Source: Styela clava
Taxonomy: Eukaryota
Length of the DNA: 64,000 nucleotides
Reading direction: 5' to 3'
Assembly (NCBI RefSeq): GCF_964204865.1
Contig: NC_135262.1
Coordinates: 4,278,001 to 4,342,000 of the forward strand
The notes under the pieces were generated by a model, which saw only the letters and a program-made list of their open reading frames with translations, was not told the origin of the DNA and searched no databases. Position numbers and translations under genes: made by a program. Within the stretch, counting starts at the first letter, position 1, and every line of letters starts with the position of its first letter. Of this stretch, positions 50,811-62,903 are shown piece by piece.

Positions 50811-53800
50811 ATGTCGGTGACGGAGCAGGACAAACCAGAGGATTCTTTGTCTCAAGATGGCGTTTATGTAATGTCGGCCTGGGGAAAACGACAAATAGTT
50901 TTGAATGGATATCTGTACCGAAAACAAAAAGTTATAAAACATAAATCTTATTGGAATTGTGTTTCTGAAGCAAAATATAAATGCAAGGCAAAAATTCATG
51001 TCAGCGAGGATGGAGCGGCTACACCAACCATAACACGAGCACTTGAAAATCACTGCCATGATCAACTTTTACATAAGATAGAAGAGAGACTAGCCGTCAG
51101 CAGGTTAATATTTTATGTTCCTAATTATATAAGAAAATATATAAGTTTTCTCTTTATTTAAATCACTGGTTCTTAACCGCCGGTCCGCGGACTGGTGCCG
51201 GTCCGCGGCAACCTTGCTGCCAGTCCGCCAAATATTTTCCAATATTAATATATTATAAGCAAATTGCAAAATACAGAGTGTTGACGGCATGTCCGTTAGT
51301 TTTTTTTTTTCTTCTAATTATTGATTCGTAGTACCGCAGTCTAACTGTTGGACCAGTAGTGGGCAAGATTTTCAGACCGGGGCCAACAATTTTGCCCATC
51401 TAGACTGGCGGACCATGGAAGTATGAAGTAAAATGTGAAAATTACATTTATGGACAATATTTGCAATGCTACAAAAGCAAAAGTAGAAAACGATAAGCCC
51501 CATGCCAAAACTAAATTTTATCGCAATCCCAACAAATTCCTTGAGCTATTTTTTGCTGAAACAGCAAAATTTGGATTTAGTTTGGTTGTAACACCAACAG
51601 GCGGGCCAGATTGAATAACCCAACAGGCCGATTCGGCCCGCGGGCCGTAGTTTACCCATGCCTGTGTTAGACTCGAACAACCAAACTTGGTGAGATGTCC
51701 TTTGCCAATTTCAAGCCCTGAACTACTTGATGTTCGTTAAGTCTATGACCTCATAACGGCGACTAGCGTAATAACGGAGGAGTTTGATAGCACATTCCGT
51801 GTTTGCCTGAAAATAAGACTGGGTTATATTTCAATATTTTTCTGAAAAAATAACACTGGGGCTTGTTTTCGGGGGATGTCTTATATTTTTATTTAATAAA
51901 AACAAAATTCAAAAGTAAAGAATTACGATAATTTCGTATATATATATATAAAGTATGAAAACAGATATCCATTTACTTATAAATATCACGTTTTTATTCA
52001 AAACAACTGCGACGTGTAGGAGAGATTTCTTGATATCGACTAGGTCAAAAAAAAGTTTGCGTTATTGACTAGATCCCATTTTAATAAGGGGGGGGGGCTT
52101 TTATTAAAATATTGCTTAAAATTCAGGCTAGGTCTTTTTTCCATGGTATGTCTCAATTTCGGGGAAACATGTTTCACGTTTCAAAAGAAACCCAGCGGTG
52201 AAAACCAATTTAGTGGTGTTTACAGGAAGAGACTGCTACTTCAACTTTATAACATACCCCGAAACGACCTTTCATGTTGCAGCAAAATTGACATGGATCA
52301 TGCGTAAACGAGCAAAAATCGAGAGGGATATTTTATTGAGCACTATAATAACTATTTGGAGCTAGGTTTCACTATTGCTCCCAGCAGCGAAAAAGTACCG
52401 CTTCCTATGTGCCTAGTCTGCGCCAAAATTCTTTCAAACGGCGCAATGAAACCCGCAAAGCTAACGAAATCGTGTGGAAGTCAACGCTCTACTTTGCCTT
52501 GCACAAACTTCATTAGAACTACGTTCAACACGTATAATATCAAAAAGACAGCAGCAAATTTCTCATTGAATTGGATTGTCTTCTTTTGCACCGCCTACTT
52601 TTGTCGTAATCGCATTCTTTTGATTATGTTTTGTGTTCATGACATTTTTGGTTAATTTTGAAGGTCCGCCAGTCCGCGAAATTTTTTTTGAAATTTTACG
52701 GTCCCCGAACTGAAAAAGGTTGAGAACCTCTGATTTAAACCGTTTCCCAATAGTTGAGAAATTCCGCTCCAGAACAAAGTTTTGTCAATCTTGTGGAGGA
52801 ATTTTGCATTGGCTTTGTATTCGCTGTACATTTTTCTAATTATGTTGGAATTATGGGATAGAGATCTGAGATATACTTTAAAAAAAACATCTTTGTACTT
52901 CTGAAAATAGCTTAATGTCTAATTGGTTGCTCATCAATTCATTTTAGACTGAAAATGAAAGTTTTAGAATCTGGGGAACCTGTGGCGAAAGCAATGAGAA
53001 AATTTGTTATTGAAGAACCAATTATTGCTGAGAAAGGAGAAGAGAAAGTACGATCTGCTATGAGAAAAGTGAGAAGAAGAGTTAGACAATCTCAGGTTTG
53101 TTTCTCTTTCGACAATTTATTTTCAAATTCACGGAAGAATTAAGGAGTTTTGTTGATAAAGTATTCAATGCTTTGTACCATTGCTGTATCATCATCGCAA
53201 AACATTTTAATTCTTTTTTTAGAGTAAAGTCCACATTGGTCCTAATTCTCTTGCTTGAATGAAAAATCTAGATGTGAATTTTTCAAATGGTCTGGAGAAG
53301 CAGTCATTCATAGAATAAGTTTATTGGCTTTATGCCAGTTATCTGGTTGAATATTGTTCACAATTTATTGCTCTCTACTCTTTTGATAGTGGTTTCCACA
53401 AGGCCAAATCTAACAAAAAGTTTCATACCGTTAGAATCATTACCATTAAAAAATATACGGCAAAAATTGTTTATTCAATCAGTTGGCTTGATTAATTACT
53501 AATAGATATCATTGCGTTTTGGTAAATCATGTTCTCTGAAATGTCCATATAATACATTCGCATTTCGACTTATATCTTATTATTTATTGTGTGTTCCCCT
53601 CAAAGATGGCAACAATTAATTATAACGATATGATGTTCAAGTAAATGTTTTGATATTTTTGCATGTTTTATGTGACAGTTACAAGTGACTTGCATCAGGA
53701 AATGCATGAGGTGACATGTTGACACTCACCAGTCATTGATTGAGAATTGATCATAAAATCTTCTCTTTGAGTTTCCTTTTCATTCAGTCTGTTTGTAGCC

Positions 53801-55538
53801 TGCACTGCAGCAAGGCAGAAGTTTTCATTTGCAGAAAATCAAATTTGAAAGTCTTTTGTGAAGCTTAATAAAGTAAAAATAACTTAGAAATTGAGATTCT
53901 AAAAGGTCTTACTTTAGTAAGAATAAAGATATCTTGATAATGGATATTGTAAAAACAGTTTTAGTTACAATAAGTTTGTAGCCTATTCAATATCTATTTA
54001 CCCAGATGTTTGAATCTTTTAACGTAATTTTCAATGATGCGGAATTTATTAAACATGTTTTTGGGGTCAGATTTTGCTTCTATTATCCAATTATTTCATA
54101 TGCTCTAGATTGATGCGATTCACTATTGTTTCCTTTTAATTAGATTGAGTGGATATGCTGGACTAGTGGTCAAAGAGTTTGAATTAATTGTGTTGGCATC
54201 GTAGATTGAAAATCTTGTGTTCAAATCTCATGCTCACCGCTTCAAAAAAAATTAGTAATGAATTTGGATGGATAATGCCAAACTGGAGTTACGGCTTTTC
54301 AAATATAAGAGTTCTTCGCATAGTAGTGGTTTCTCACGCAGAGTTTTGTTTGGAATTAAAGACAATTAAAATTAATTATCAAAACATCTGTTCAATACAG
54401 TATTGAATATCTTTGAATCCATTATGTTTGTTTGAAATTCATAAAATGTCAATGGTATAAAGTTTAAACAATGAAATGTTTCGTTTTACAGAGGTTATCA
54501 CTGGAAAACAGTGAGGAATCAAACAACACAAAAAAGAAATCTAGCAAAAGTAAAAAAGACGCCACTCTTGTCTATGATTGGGAGGGTATCAGTAATTCCC
54601 CATCCTTTATGAGAAGTGGATTTATGCAAAATCTTGGTTCAAAATATAAAAATTCCTCAAGTGAATCTTTGATTAAATCTGACAATTTAAACAGCGAATC
54701 AATATCGAACTTACCAAATTTGCAAGTTGAAATACAAGTACCAGAACCATATTCCGAGAACGATACGAACATGAGTGAATTAAGCGCATTCGAAGGAAGT
54801 TTGCAAGGCAAAGTAATCTTAGTCGCTGGTGCATCAAGTGGAATCGGGAAGGCTATTGCGGAAGCTGTTGCAAGAGCGGGTGCACACGTATGTGTTGGCG
54901 CACGAAGACAAGATAAACTTGCTGAAGTCTGTGAAAAAATTGACTCTGAAGGTGGTATTGTACACCAATATGAATTGGACGTAACGGATCGGGCTCAATT
55001 TTCTGAAGTTGTGAAAACTATTGAGGAACTTATGGGCCCGATTGATATTTTAATAAACAATGCTGGATGCATGTTTTACACGCACATGCACAATGCAATG
55101 ATGGATGATTGGGATAAAATGATTAATATTAATTGTCGTGGCGTAACTAACGGTATTGGGTGTGTTCTACCTGGAATGGTAGAAAGGGGGAAAGGTCATA
55201 TTGTTAACACATCATCAGATGCAGGCAGGAGAGGGTTTCCTGGTTTAGCGGTATACTCCGCAACAAAATTTTTTGTAGAAGGACTTTCTCAATCTTTAAG
55301 GCAAGAAGTAAAAGACAAGGGGGTCAGAGTAACTTGTATTCAACCCGGTGACGTTGCGACTGAAATTGGGAATTATACGAGAGATCTGGATGCCCAAGTG
55401 CAATACAATACAATGGGTTCAGCAAGTAAAATCCTTGACCCTGAAGACATTGGAAGGGCTGTCTTATATGCCCTTACTCAGCCAGATCATGTAGGTGTAA
55501 ATGAAATTCTTATAGAGCCCACAGAAGCTCCAATCTAA
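50811..55538 (+). CDS. FLYWCH zinc finger - short-chain dehydrogenase/reductase fusion protein, 495 aa; exons 50811-51103, 52948-53095, 54492-55538
   Basis: Exon 1 GKRQIVLNGYLY...YWNC...KCKAKI...NHCH (FLYWCH). AG|GT..AG|A phase-2 and CAG|GT..CAG|AGG phase-0 junctions keep one frame. Exon 3 GASSGIG, ARR, NNAG, SSDAG and YSATK (classical NADP(H) SDR). The SDR itself is near certain; the fusion is inferred. Confidence 0.7.
51164..52732 (+). mobile_element. Charlie/Buster-type hAT remnant in intron 1 of the fusion gene, with nested MITEs (51354-51664 hAT; about 51798-52170 Tc2-like)
   Basis: ATTTAAAT|CACTGGTTCTTAACC ... GGTTGAGAACCTCTG|ATTTAAAC. Transposase remnant YLELGF...PMCLVCAKILSNGAMKPAKL (about 52350-52465). 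The inner hAT has TSD TGTTGGAC/TGTTAGAC. Confidence 0.8.
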
Positions 55539-57557
55539 TTTATGGTATTTGACAACCTTTCCGTATCTGAGCGTTTGTTTTTCAGATATGTTTTTAAGTT
55601 TACTTAGTCCAATGTATGCTGTTCCTGCCAGACTAAAATCAAGCCGAAAGGCTGTTTCAAGCATTAGTTGAAAATAATATTAAATTCTGGGTGCCAATAA
55701 TATTGTGTTTTGTGACAAAATCATGATACATAAACTGCATGAACTGGTATATAAATCGTGTTTTCTTTTGTTAACTAAACTGCTTGTATATAGATTGTGA
55801 TAGCCAAATGTTTTTTATGCATGGAATATATTTGTGAGGTCAACTTTTCGCAGTTACATATAGACGATAAATTATTCCAGAATTTTAATAAAAAGTGTGT
55901 TTTTGATTTTAGCGCTTGTGGGAATTATGGCATACCGGTACTTGAATTATTTTATTTACTGATTTCCAACAAATGTTAAACTGACTTATATCATATAATC
56001 AGGGAAATCACTACGAAATGGTTAAATTAGATGTCAGTTTACGTATAGTCCAATGTATTTTTCTGGTTTTGCTTTGAAATCGTGATATAATGTGGTCTAT
56101 TTTCAAACTACTTGGTAAATTGTTTTTGATGTACGTAGTCCAATTTTGATTTTTAAGCTGTTTTTCTTCAGCAATTATTCAGTTTACTCCAGATCCCAAG
56201 TTTTTATGAATGGAGGAATATTGAATAATGTTTATTCAGAAGATTGATTAGTTATTAAAGTTTTAAAATATATATCATACCAAACTAATGTTTCGTCTCT
56301 TAAGAAAATACTTTTGTAGTGTTATTATTGTATTTTGAGGCTTTCATAATTATGTTCATTCATGGAATACCTTCTAATAAAAGCATTATTAAATGCATTT
56401 GTGTAGTTTGTAGGAATTATATCTAAACATTACTGTAACTACATTTTTAGCACTTGACCTTAGAGATGGGATAGGGAATTTTTTCATTATTTTAATGAAT
56501 TAGAAAATTATAAATTGAAAAAAAAAGGATGGGCATGAAATGGAGTTGCAAAACTTTCTGCCAGCTCCATTTACAACAAAAATCCATGGCTTTAGTCCCG
56601 TCCGAATACTCCAGTAACAAGGCAGCATTTACCTGATTAAGTGCGCCTGACTTGGTTTCTAGTTAATACTGGACTGTGGTTTGCTATGGAATGATTCATC
56701 TTATTTTCAATCTCAGGGTTTATATAGAAATTCTATCAGCTTGGTAAACCAAGTATTGCAAAATGGATCTTCAAATATTGTACAATCATTTCTACCTTTT
56801 TTTCTTATCTCCAAGTTATTTATTCCTCACATTCTTGGTGCAGATAAAAATAGTAGGCTATTCAAATTATCATTCAGTAGATGCTTTTCATTCTCAAATT
56901 AATTGCATAGACCTGAGACAATTACAAAGTTATCTATACCCATACTTGTCCTGGACATACAACCGGACAAGAAACAGTCTACCATAGGATTAAGCCATTT
57001 CATCAGCCTTGCTCAGGATAAATATAAAAAACCTATCTTGATTGTCATTAGCAAATATGCTATACATGTTGATTATATTCTTATATTATAAGCGGTAGTA
57101 ATGAAAATTTGATTAAGTTATTATAAAACAACGATTACGGTACTTGTAATATGAACGAGTGTTTTCTTCTAACATTGATTTGGTTTTGACGTGTATGGGC
57201 CAAATATCAAAGTTTTTTATTGAAAAATTTTGAGTTTTGTTTTCCAATAATCCAGGCCTCCTTGTAAACATAGGCCATTGCTTCAAAAACGTTTTTGATC
57301 TATTCAAGCATTATTAAAATTATCATCATTCATTTCTCATTTTCGTTTATTTTTACATATTGTTGAATCACTCAACTCATCAAAACAGTTTTTTTGGGGG
57401 ATTCGTTACCATGGGAATCGAAATCTTCATCAAAAATTGTTTTTGTGATAATCTGTTATATGTTAAACTATTATTAATTGAATTCTTTCAATGTAGATTA
57501 ATTGATAGTTTAATTAACTGTATTCGCTGACCCATGAAGGTCATTGAATGCAGCAAT

Positions 57558-60500
57558 ATGAACGATTCATTGCAGTCTTACATTGCGAAACATCCTATTG
57601 AATGTATGTTCTTCAGTGAATTTCATCATTTGCAAGGACCCAAGATAACTTATCAGGTATTTAACAATGGAGTGGACCTATAAATCGTTTTGTGAATATT
57701 ATGTTGTTATTGTTCTTCTTGGTATTTTTCTTCTTATGGTTATGGAAAAATCGTTTTTTTCTTCAACTCCTGGACCAATTGCTTTGGAATTTTTAGTGGT
57801 TAGAGATTGTGTTTTTCATATTTAAGCATTGTTTTGTTGTTTCTTGAACATTGTCCATGACTGAATATTATAAGGTTGAAATATGTCTCAGTATTTTTAA
57901 TGTGTTCTGTACAATAATATAAAAAAAGGGAATATTGAATGTAGAAGTAAAATTGTTGTATAAGTTCAAGTTTCGTCTCTTGTTTTTCAAAAATCTGATA
58001 ACTTGAACAAATTTTCATGATTGTAAAACATCTACTACATCTAATATTGGTCTAACTATCATTAGCTCTGGAATATAGTTTTCTGATCAGTGATGTTGTC
58101 CTTCCTATTGTTATGACTTGATTTCCTTCTTTGCAATAAATCATTTGATATGATATTTTAATTTCAGTATCCTGATGGATATTTTAACCAACAAGAAGGA
58201 TTATTTGAAGAAGTTACGAATTATATCATTCCTAAACCAGAATTACAAGAGAAATTGACAACTGTGTTGGTATATTTTGTAATTTATTTTCCTTGAAATG
58301 AATGAAATACACACAAAATTTGGTCAAATAACAGGGAAGAATATCTCAAGCCCAGGGGTGTGCAATCTTTATTACATGAAGACCACATTCAAATAACTGG
58401 AAGAAAACGTGGCCCGCACCTTTATTTAACATAGGCTTTAATGTAGTTGCATGCACAAAAAGCTAGCTAGCTGTTAGGGCATTGTAACGTCGTAAAAATT
58501 GGTCTCGGGTATAGGCTTTGCAACTCTAAGGTATTGGGGTTACTCGCTCATACCAGATAAAACTAAATTAAAACTGCGTTTCCCGGGCCGCACACAATCC
58601 AAAATTGGCATGTCTCCGCAGGCCGCACAATTTTTCCCGGTGGGCCTCAATTGGCTTGCAGGCCACAGGTTGCACAACCCTGCTTCAGCTTGTTCTGAGC
58701 TGTAAATGGGATTAAAATATTTTTGTTTAATCAAATTTTCTGCAATACACTATGACCAAGCTATTCCTAGATTCTGACTATCGTAGAGAATTGTGGTTTA
58801 CTATAATTGGTGGTATTCAATCAGAGTCTGATTTGAAAGGGTGTACTATTTGGAATCTGGATTCAGTATTTGGGACTTTGAGAGAGTTGGGAGTCCAAAT
58901 TTTTATTGGTTAAAATAGTAGTTAAAATAGTTTCTCACATTTGTAAGCTGTAGTGAGTTAAGATTTTGTCAATTCAGACCCTTGACTTAGACCTGCATTT
59001 TGAATCTCTGGAGTGAGAAGAAACTTTTTTCAGACAAAAAACGTCCTAACTATGTATTTTCATAGGGCTATTCTGAAATGAAGGTAGCTGTGTTTGCTTC
59101 TCTTTAGCTATCATGCAGCATTATTAAAAATGTGACTATAACACGCAGTAAATATCATTTGTCTATAATTAATACTGTATTTAGGAATGTAGGGAAAAAG
59201 AAAGTGATTGGATGTCCAGTATGTATCGAGGGATCTCATTATCCAAGAAATAATTTCATCTTTAACTTTGGTCTGGTGCTCGATAGTAAACATAAGAGTT
59301 CTCCTTGTATTCCAATGATCAAACAACTCTCAAAATATATGTCAGAACTTGAGAAGGAGAATGGCTTCGTTTCTAATGAAGAGACTAGAGAAATGATTCC
59401 AAGTAAGAAACAACCCTTAACTGTAAATCTGGTTTGAAAGAAATTTAGGACTTCTGCTCAATTTAACTGCCAATAAGAAATAAAAACCATCGCATTTTAA
59501 GTCTTTTTCATAAATAAACTGAAAAATGGGCGCTCCAGAAGTATGTGTACCAATATGGAGGTGACTAATTTTGTTTGCCTATTTTACATCCAAGTTATAT
59601 AAAGTGACTGAAACTTGTGGGCAGGGGGTATATTCACTTGGCTAACACAGACAATCCCTGACTTGTAATAGAATTAAAATAAAGAAAATCGGAATAAAAT
59701 TATGGCCTAACCCTAACATGGTGCACATACTACGGGAGTACTCAAAAATATATTTGGCCCTGTGCAGACAATACAGCTAGTTATGTTATTGTTATGTTAA
59801 GTATATATCTTGATTTTAAACAAAAAAATAAGTCTCATTCTTTCAGGGTGTAAGAATTTGGTAGGTTTTGCATAAACATAGATTCTGGTTATTTTAAAAT
59901 ATTGTATCCGTAGATCTATATCCAAACCCTCGTTTAAAGTACATTTATGAAATGTCCCAAAAATAGCCAAATTAATATTACATTCACGATACAAACACTC
60001 ATTTTACAGTCGTATGAAGCAGATCTCATATTTTGGAGCGAAATGTGTGTGCATAATAATGCAAAATAGCCTGCTCCTGTTTCTTTCCCGCGGAGCACTA
60101 TAATCCGGCCCGCGACGCTTCACTAAATTATAGTAACAAAACATCCGTTTTGACGAATATATTCTTTAGACTTAATTATATTATAACCCAACAATTATAT
60201 AATTCACAATTACTCGTTTAATGAGCATATAATTTAATTATAATTAGGCAAATGGCAACAAAACGCGGAAAAGTTAATTCTAAGTGCAAAGGGTTCAATG
60301 GCGCTGAAAATATTCAAATGGGATTTTATGAGATGCAATGAGGAAATAAATCTATATTCTATTCGAGAGATGTATCAGTGCTTGATTTTTATTATAAAAA
60401 GTACCATCCGTTCGAAATTTTCAACTTTCTAAAAATATGTGCGACCCGTCAATGACTTGCAACCTTAATTTTGGCCCGCGAGTGACAAAAGGTTTCCTCA

Positions 60501-62670
60501 CTGCTGTACTCTATTGGTTTGATTGTAAAACAATCACCTTTGAGGTTTATTACCATTACAGATTACATTCCTACATTTTTCTAGATATTCTGCGCGATAT
60601 GCTTGAAGAACTAAATACAAAAGGAAGTTGCTGCACAAGGGTTAATGATAACACAACTTTATTTTTAAAAGTATTTCCCCCCACAACCCTTCCTCCTGTA
60701 GTAAAAGATCATGATGTGCCGATACTGATGGTATCGATAGATGAATTCATGCCAGGAGGATGGGATTTGACCACAGAAAGGGTAAGATTGTAGTTAATGT
60801 GAATTTTGAATATTCCATAGTTAGTGGGACCTCCTGAAGTATGCGCACCAAGATGGCGCACAACCTGAACTCAGGTTGTGTACCAGGTTAGAGTTCAGGT
60901 TACGCGACATTTTGGTGTGCATACTTCAGGAGTACCGTATTTTTTTTATATTTTATAAGGTTTCCAATCTCCACTCGTGAGTTAATAATTAAACATGGTT
61001 TTGTAATTTGGCTTACAAGGAAGGTAAGAAATGCTCATGGATGTGAGCTTTGAATATTTCATGGTTGAAAATTGGGTACTTCTATAGTGTGTTTACCAGG
61101 TTAGGCCATAATTTTTTACCGATTTTCCTTATTTTAGTTCCCATTTTCCCATATTTTCAATGAGTTCTTGATAGAATAATCATTTGACAATAAATTTAGC
61201 ACATTCTATGAATTTACTATAAAATTGGGACATTTATCAGAAATGAAGAATATATCTGTATTTTCAGGGCTGAAAATTAGATTGCCAAACTGTTTGAACA
61301 TTTGCATTCATAATTAAATTAAATCACCAACCCATATTCTTTTTTTTTTCTGATACTGATTGCACGAGGACGTACCATCATCGCTTTCCTTTTTTTCAGA
61401 TTCTTCCATTCATTGATGGATTTCGTCATGTTCAGAAGATCGCATATTTAGCTGATGTTGATCCAAGGTTGACAAGAACTTGCATCAGGGATCTTGCATT
61501 TTACAGAATTGTCGAATTGATTTCTATATTTCAATATTCGAATACTTATGTGACAACATCAAATTTGTCGAGGTTTGATGATGAAAATTTTTCTTTTATG
61601 TATTTTTGTTAAAACTTACTAATTATTGGGTATTCCCGTAGTGTATGTACCAGGTTAGGCCATAATTTTATTCCGATTTTCCCTATTTTAGTTCTATTAA
61701 GCGTTTGGGGACTGTCTGTGTTAGCCAAGTGAATATACCCCCTGCCCATAGCCTTTCGTCCCTTTACACAACTTGATATAAAGTGGGTGAACAAAATTGG
61801 TATTATATTGGTACACATAATTTTGGAGCCAATTATTGGCAGTTTTGTCATTTTTATTCCAGGTCAGTGATAAGGTGATAAAAATACCACTTAATCATTT
61901 GATAAACCATGGTCGGATTCGGTTCCAAGTTGGGTATGTGGTTACCTAACCCAGGGGGGTGCAACTTGCGAGCCACAAGGAAAATTTGTGTAGCTCGCGG
62001 AGAAATGTCAATTTTGAATAGTGTGCCGTGCGACCTGCTGAATGAGTTTTTAATTTTGTTTAATCTGGTACGTACAAGCAATGCCAATTCGTTACAGTGG
62101 CCTAACAGCTAGCTTGTGCGAAGCGAACAACTCAGAGCAGGGGTGGGCAAGGTTTTTAGATTACGGGCCAAAAAAATTTCACGACCTAGACTGGGGTGCC
62201 ATGTATGCGTGACGTAAAATGTTACATTTCATGAACAATATTTACAGTGTTACAAAGCAAAGGTGAAAACAATAAGCCTCGTGCCAAAACTAAATGTAGT
62301 CGCAATCTCGGCGAATTTCTTGAGATATTTTTTAGCTTAAACTGCAAAATATGACTTTTCTTCGGTTGTGGCAGCACCAGGCGGGCCAGAATGAATTACT
62401 CAGCGGGCCGGATTTGGCCCGTTGGCCACAGTTTTCCCATGTCAACTTTAGAATGTACTTTTATTCACAAATAAACATTTCACCAAAAATTTTCAGGTTG
62501 ATGTCTGATAAAGCTCTTCAGACTGAATGTATTCAATATGTATCTAGACCTGGACATCCAAAACCAACACTGAATGATATTCTTGCGATTTATTGTGGTT
62601 TAACTCCCGGTGTAACTGTTGATAACTTATGTAGTCGACATCAGAAGGAATTGAATAAAGTTAATGAACA
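57558..62670 (+). CDS. NPRL2: GATOR1 subunit NPRL2, 5' part; exons 57558(or 57534)-57656, 58168-58265, 59185-59402, 60585-60781, 61400-61572, 62497-62670; continues beyond the window
   Basis: IECMFFSEFH..QGPKITYQ | ...YIIPKPELQEKL..V | ..IGCPVCIE...Y.RN.F.FN | LEELN..G.C...WDLTT | ILPFIDGFRHVQKIA..ADV...FQYSNTY | YC.LTPG.TV. All junctions are phase-compatible GT-AG. Confidence 0.92.
58353..58682. mobile_element. hAT MITE in NPRL2 intron 2
   Basis: CAGGGGTGTGCAA ... TTGCACAACCCTG; GGCCGCA subterminal repeats. Confidence 0.65.
59529..59742. mobile_element. GGCGCTCC-terminus MITE
   Basis: Near-identical to 5188-5385 and to the reverse of 15628-15841. Confidence 0.75.
60827..60935. mobile_element. 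short palindromic MITE
   Basis: GGACCTCCTGAAGTATGCGCACCAAGATGGCG ... GCATACTTCAGGAGTACC. Confidence 0.7.
61629..61830. mobile_element. MITE with perfect 8-bp TSD
   Basis: AATTATTG|GGTATTCC ... GGAGCC|AATTATTG. Confidence 0.8.
62139..62440 (+). mobile_element. hAT MITE
   Basis: CAGGGGTGGGCAAG start; internal sequence shared with 51354-51664 and 63290-63617. Confidence 0.65.
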
Positions 62671-62697
62671 GTAAGTTCAATATGAAGTAAATTCTTT

Positions 62698-62903
62698 GGT
62701 GACTGTACATTTGAACCCACGTAGATTTGAACCCATGTGTACATTCACGGGTTCAATCTATGTGCAGGTGCTAAAACCCATGGGTTAGGGTTGGTATGAG
62801 TTCAAATATCCGTAAAACAAAAAAAAAAACTCCATAGGTGCAATAGTATGCAGGTGCCATTGTCGTGGGTTACAATGTACGTGGGTTCAAATGTAATGGA
62901 ACC
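62698..62903. mobile_element. MITE with 9-bp TSD (Mutator- or Merlin-like)
   Basis: AAATTCTTT|GGTGACTGTACATTTGAACCCACGTA ... TACGTGGGTTCAAATGTAATGGAACC|AAATTCTTT; a related left end lies at about 45900. Confidence 0.8.

Noticed and set aside
54471-54491. ATG 54471 as the SDR start
   Set aside because: It lies in the pyrimidine tract upstream of the acceptor TTTTACAG (54491) and is probably intronic.
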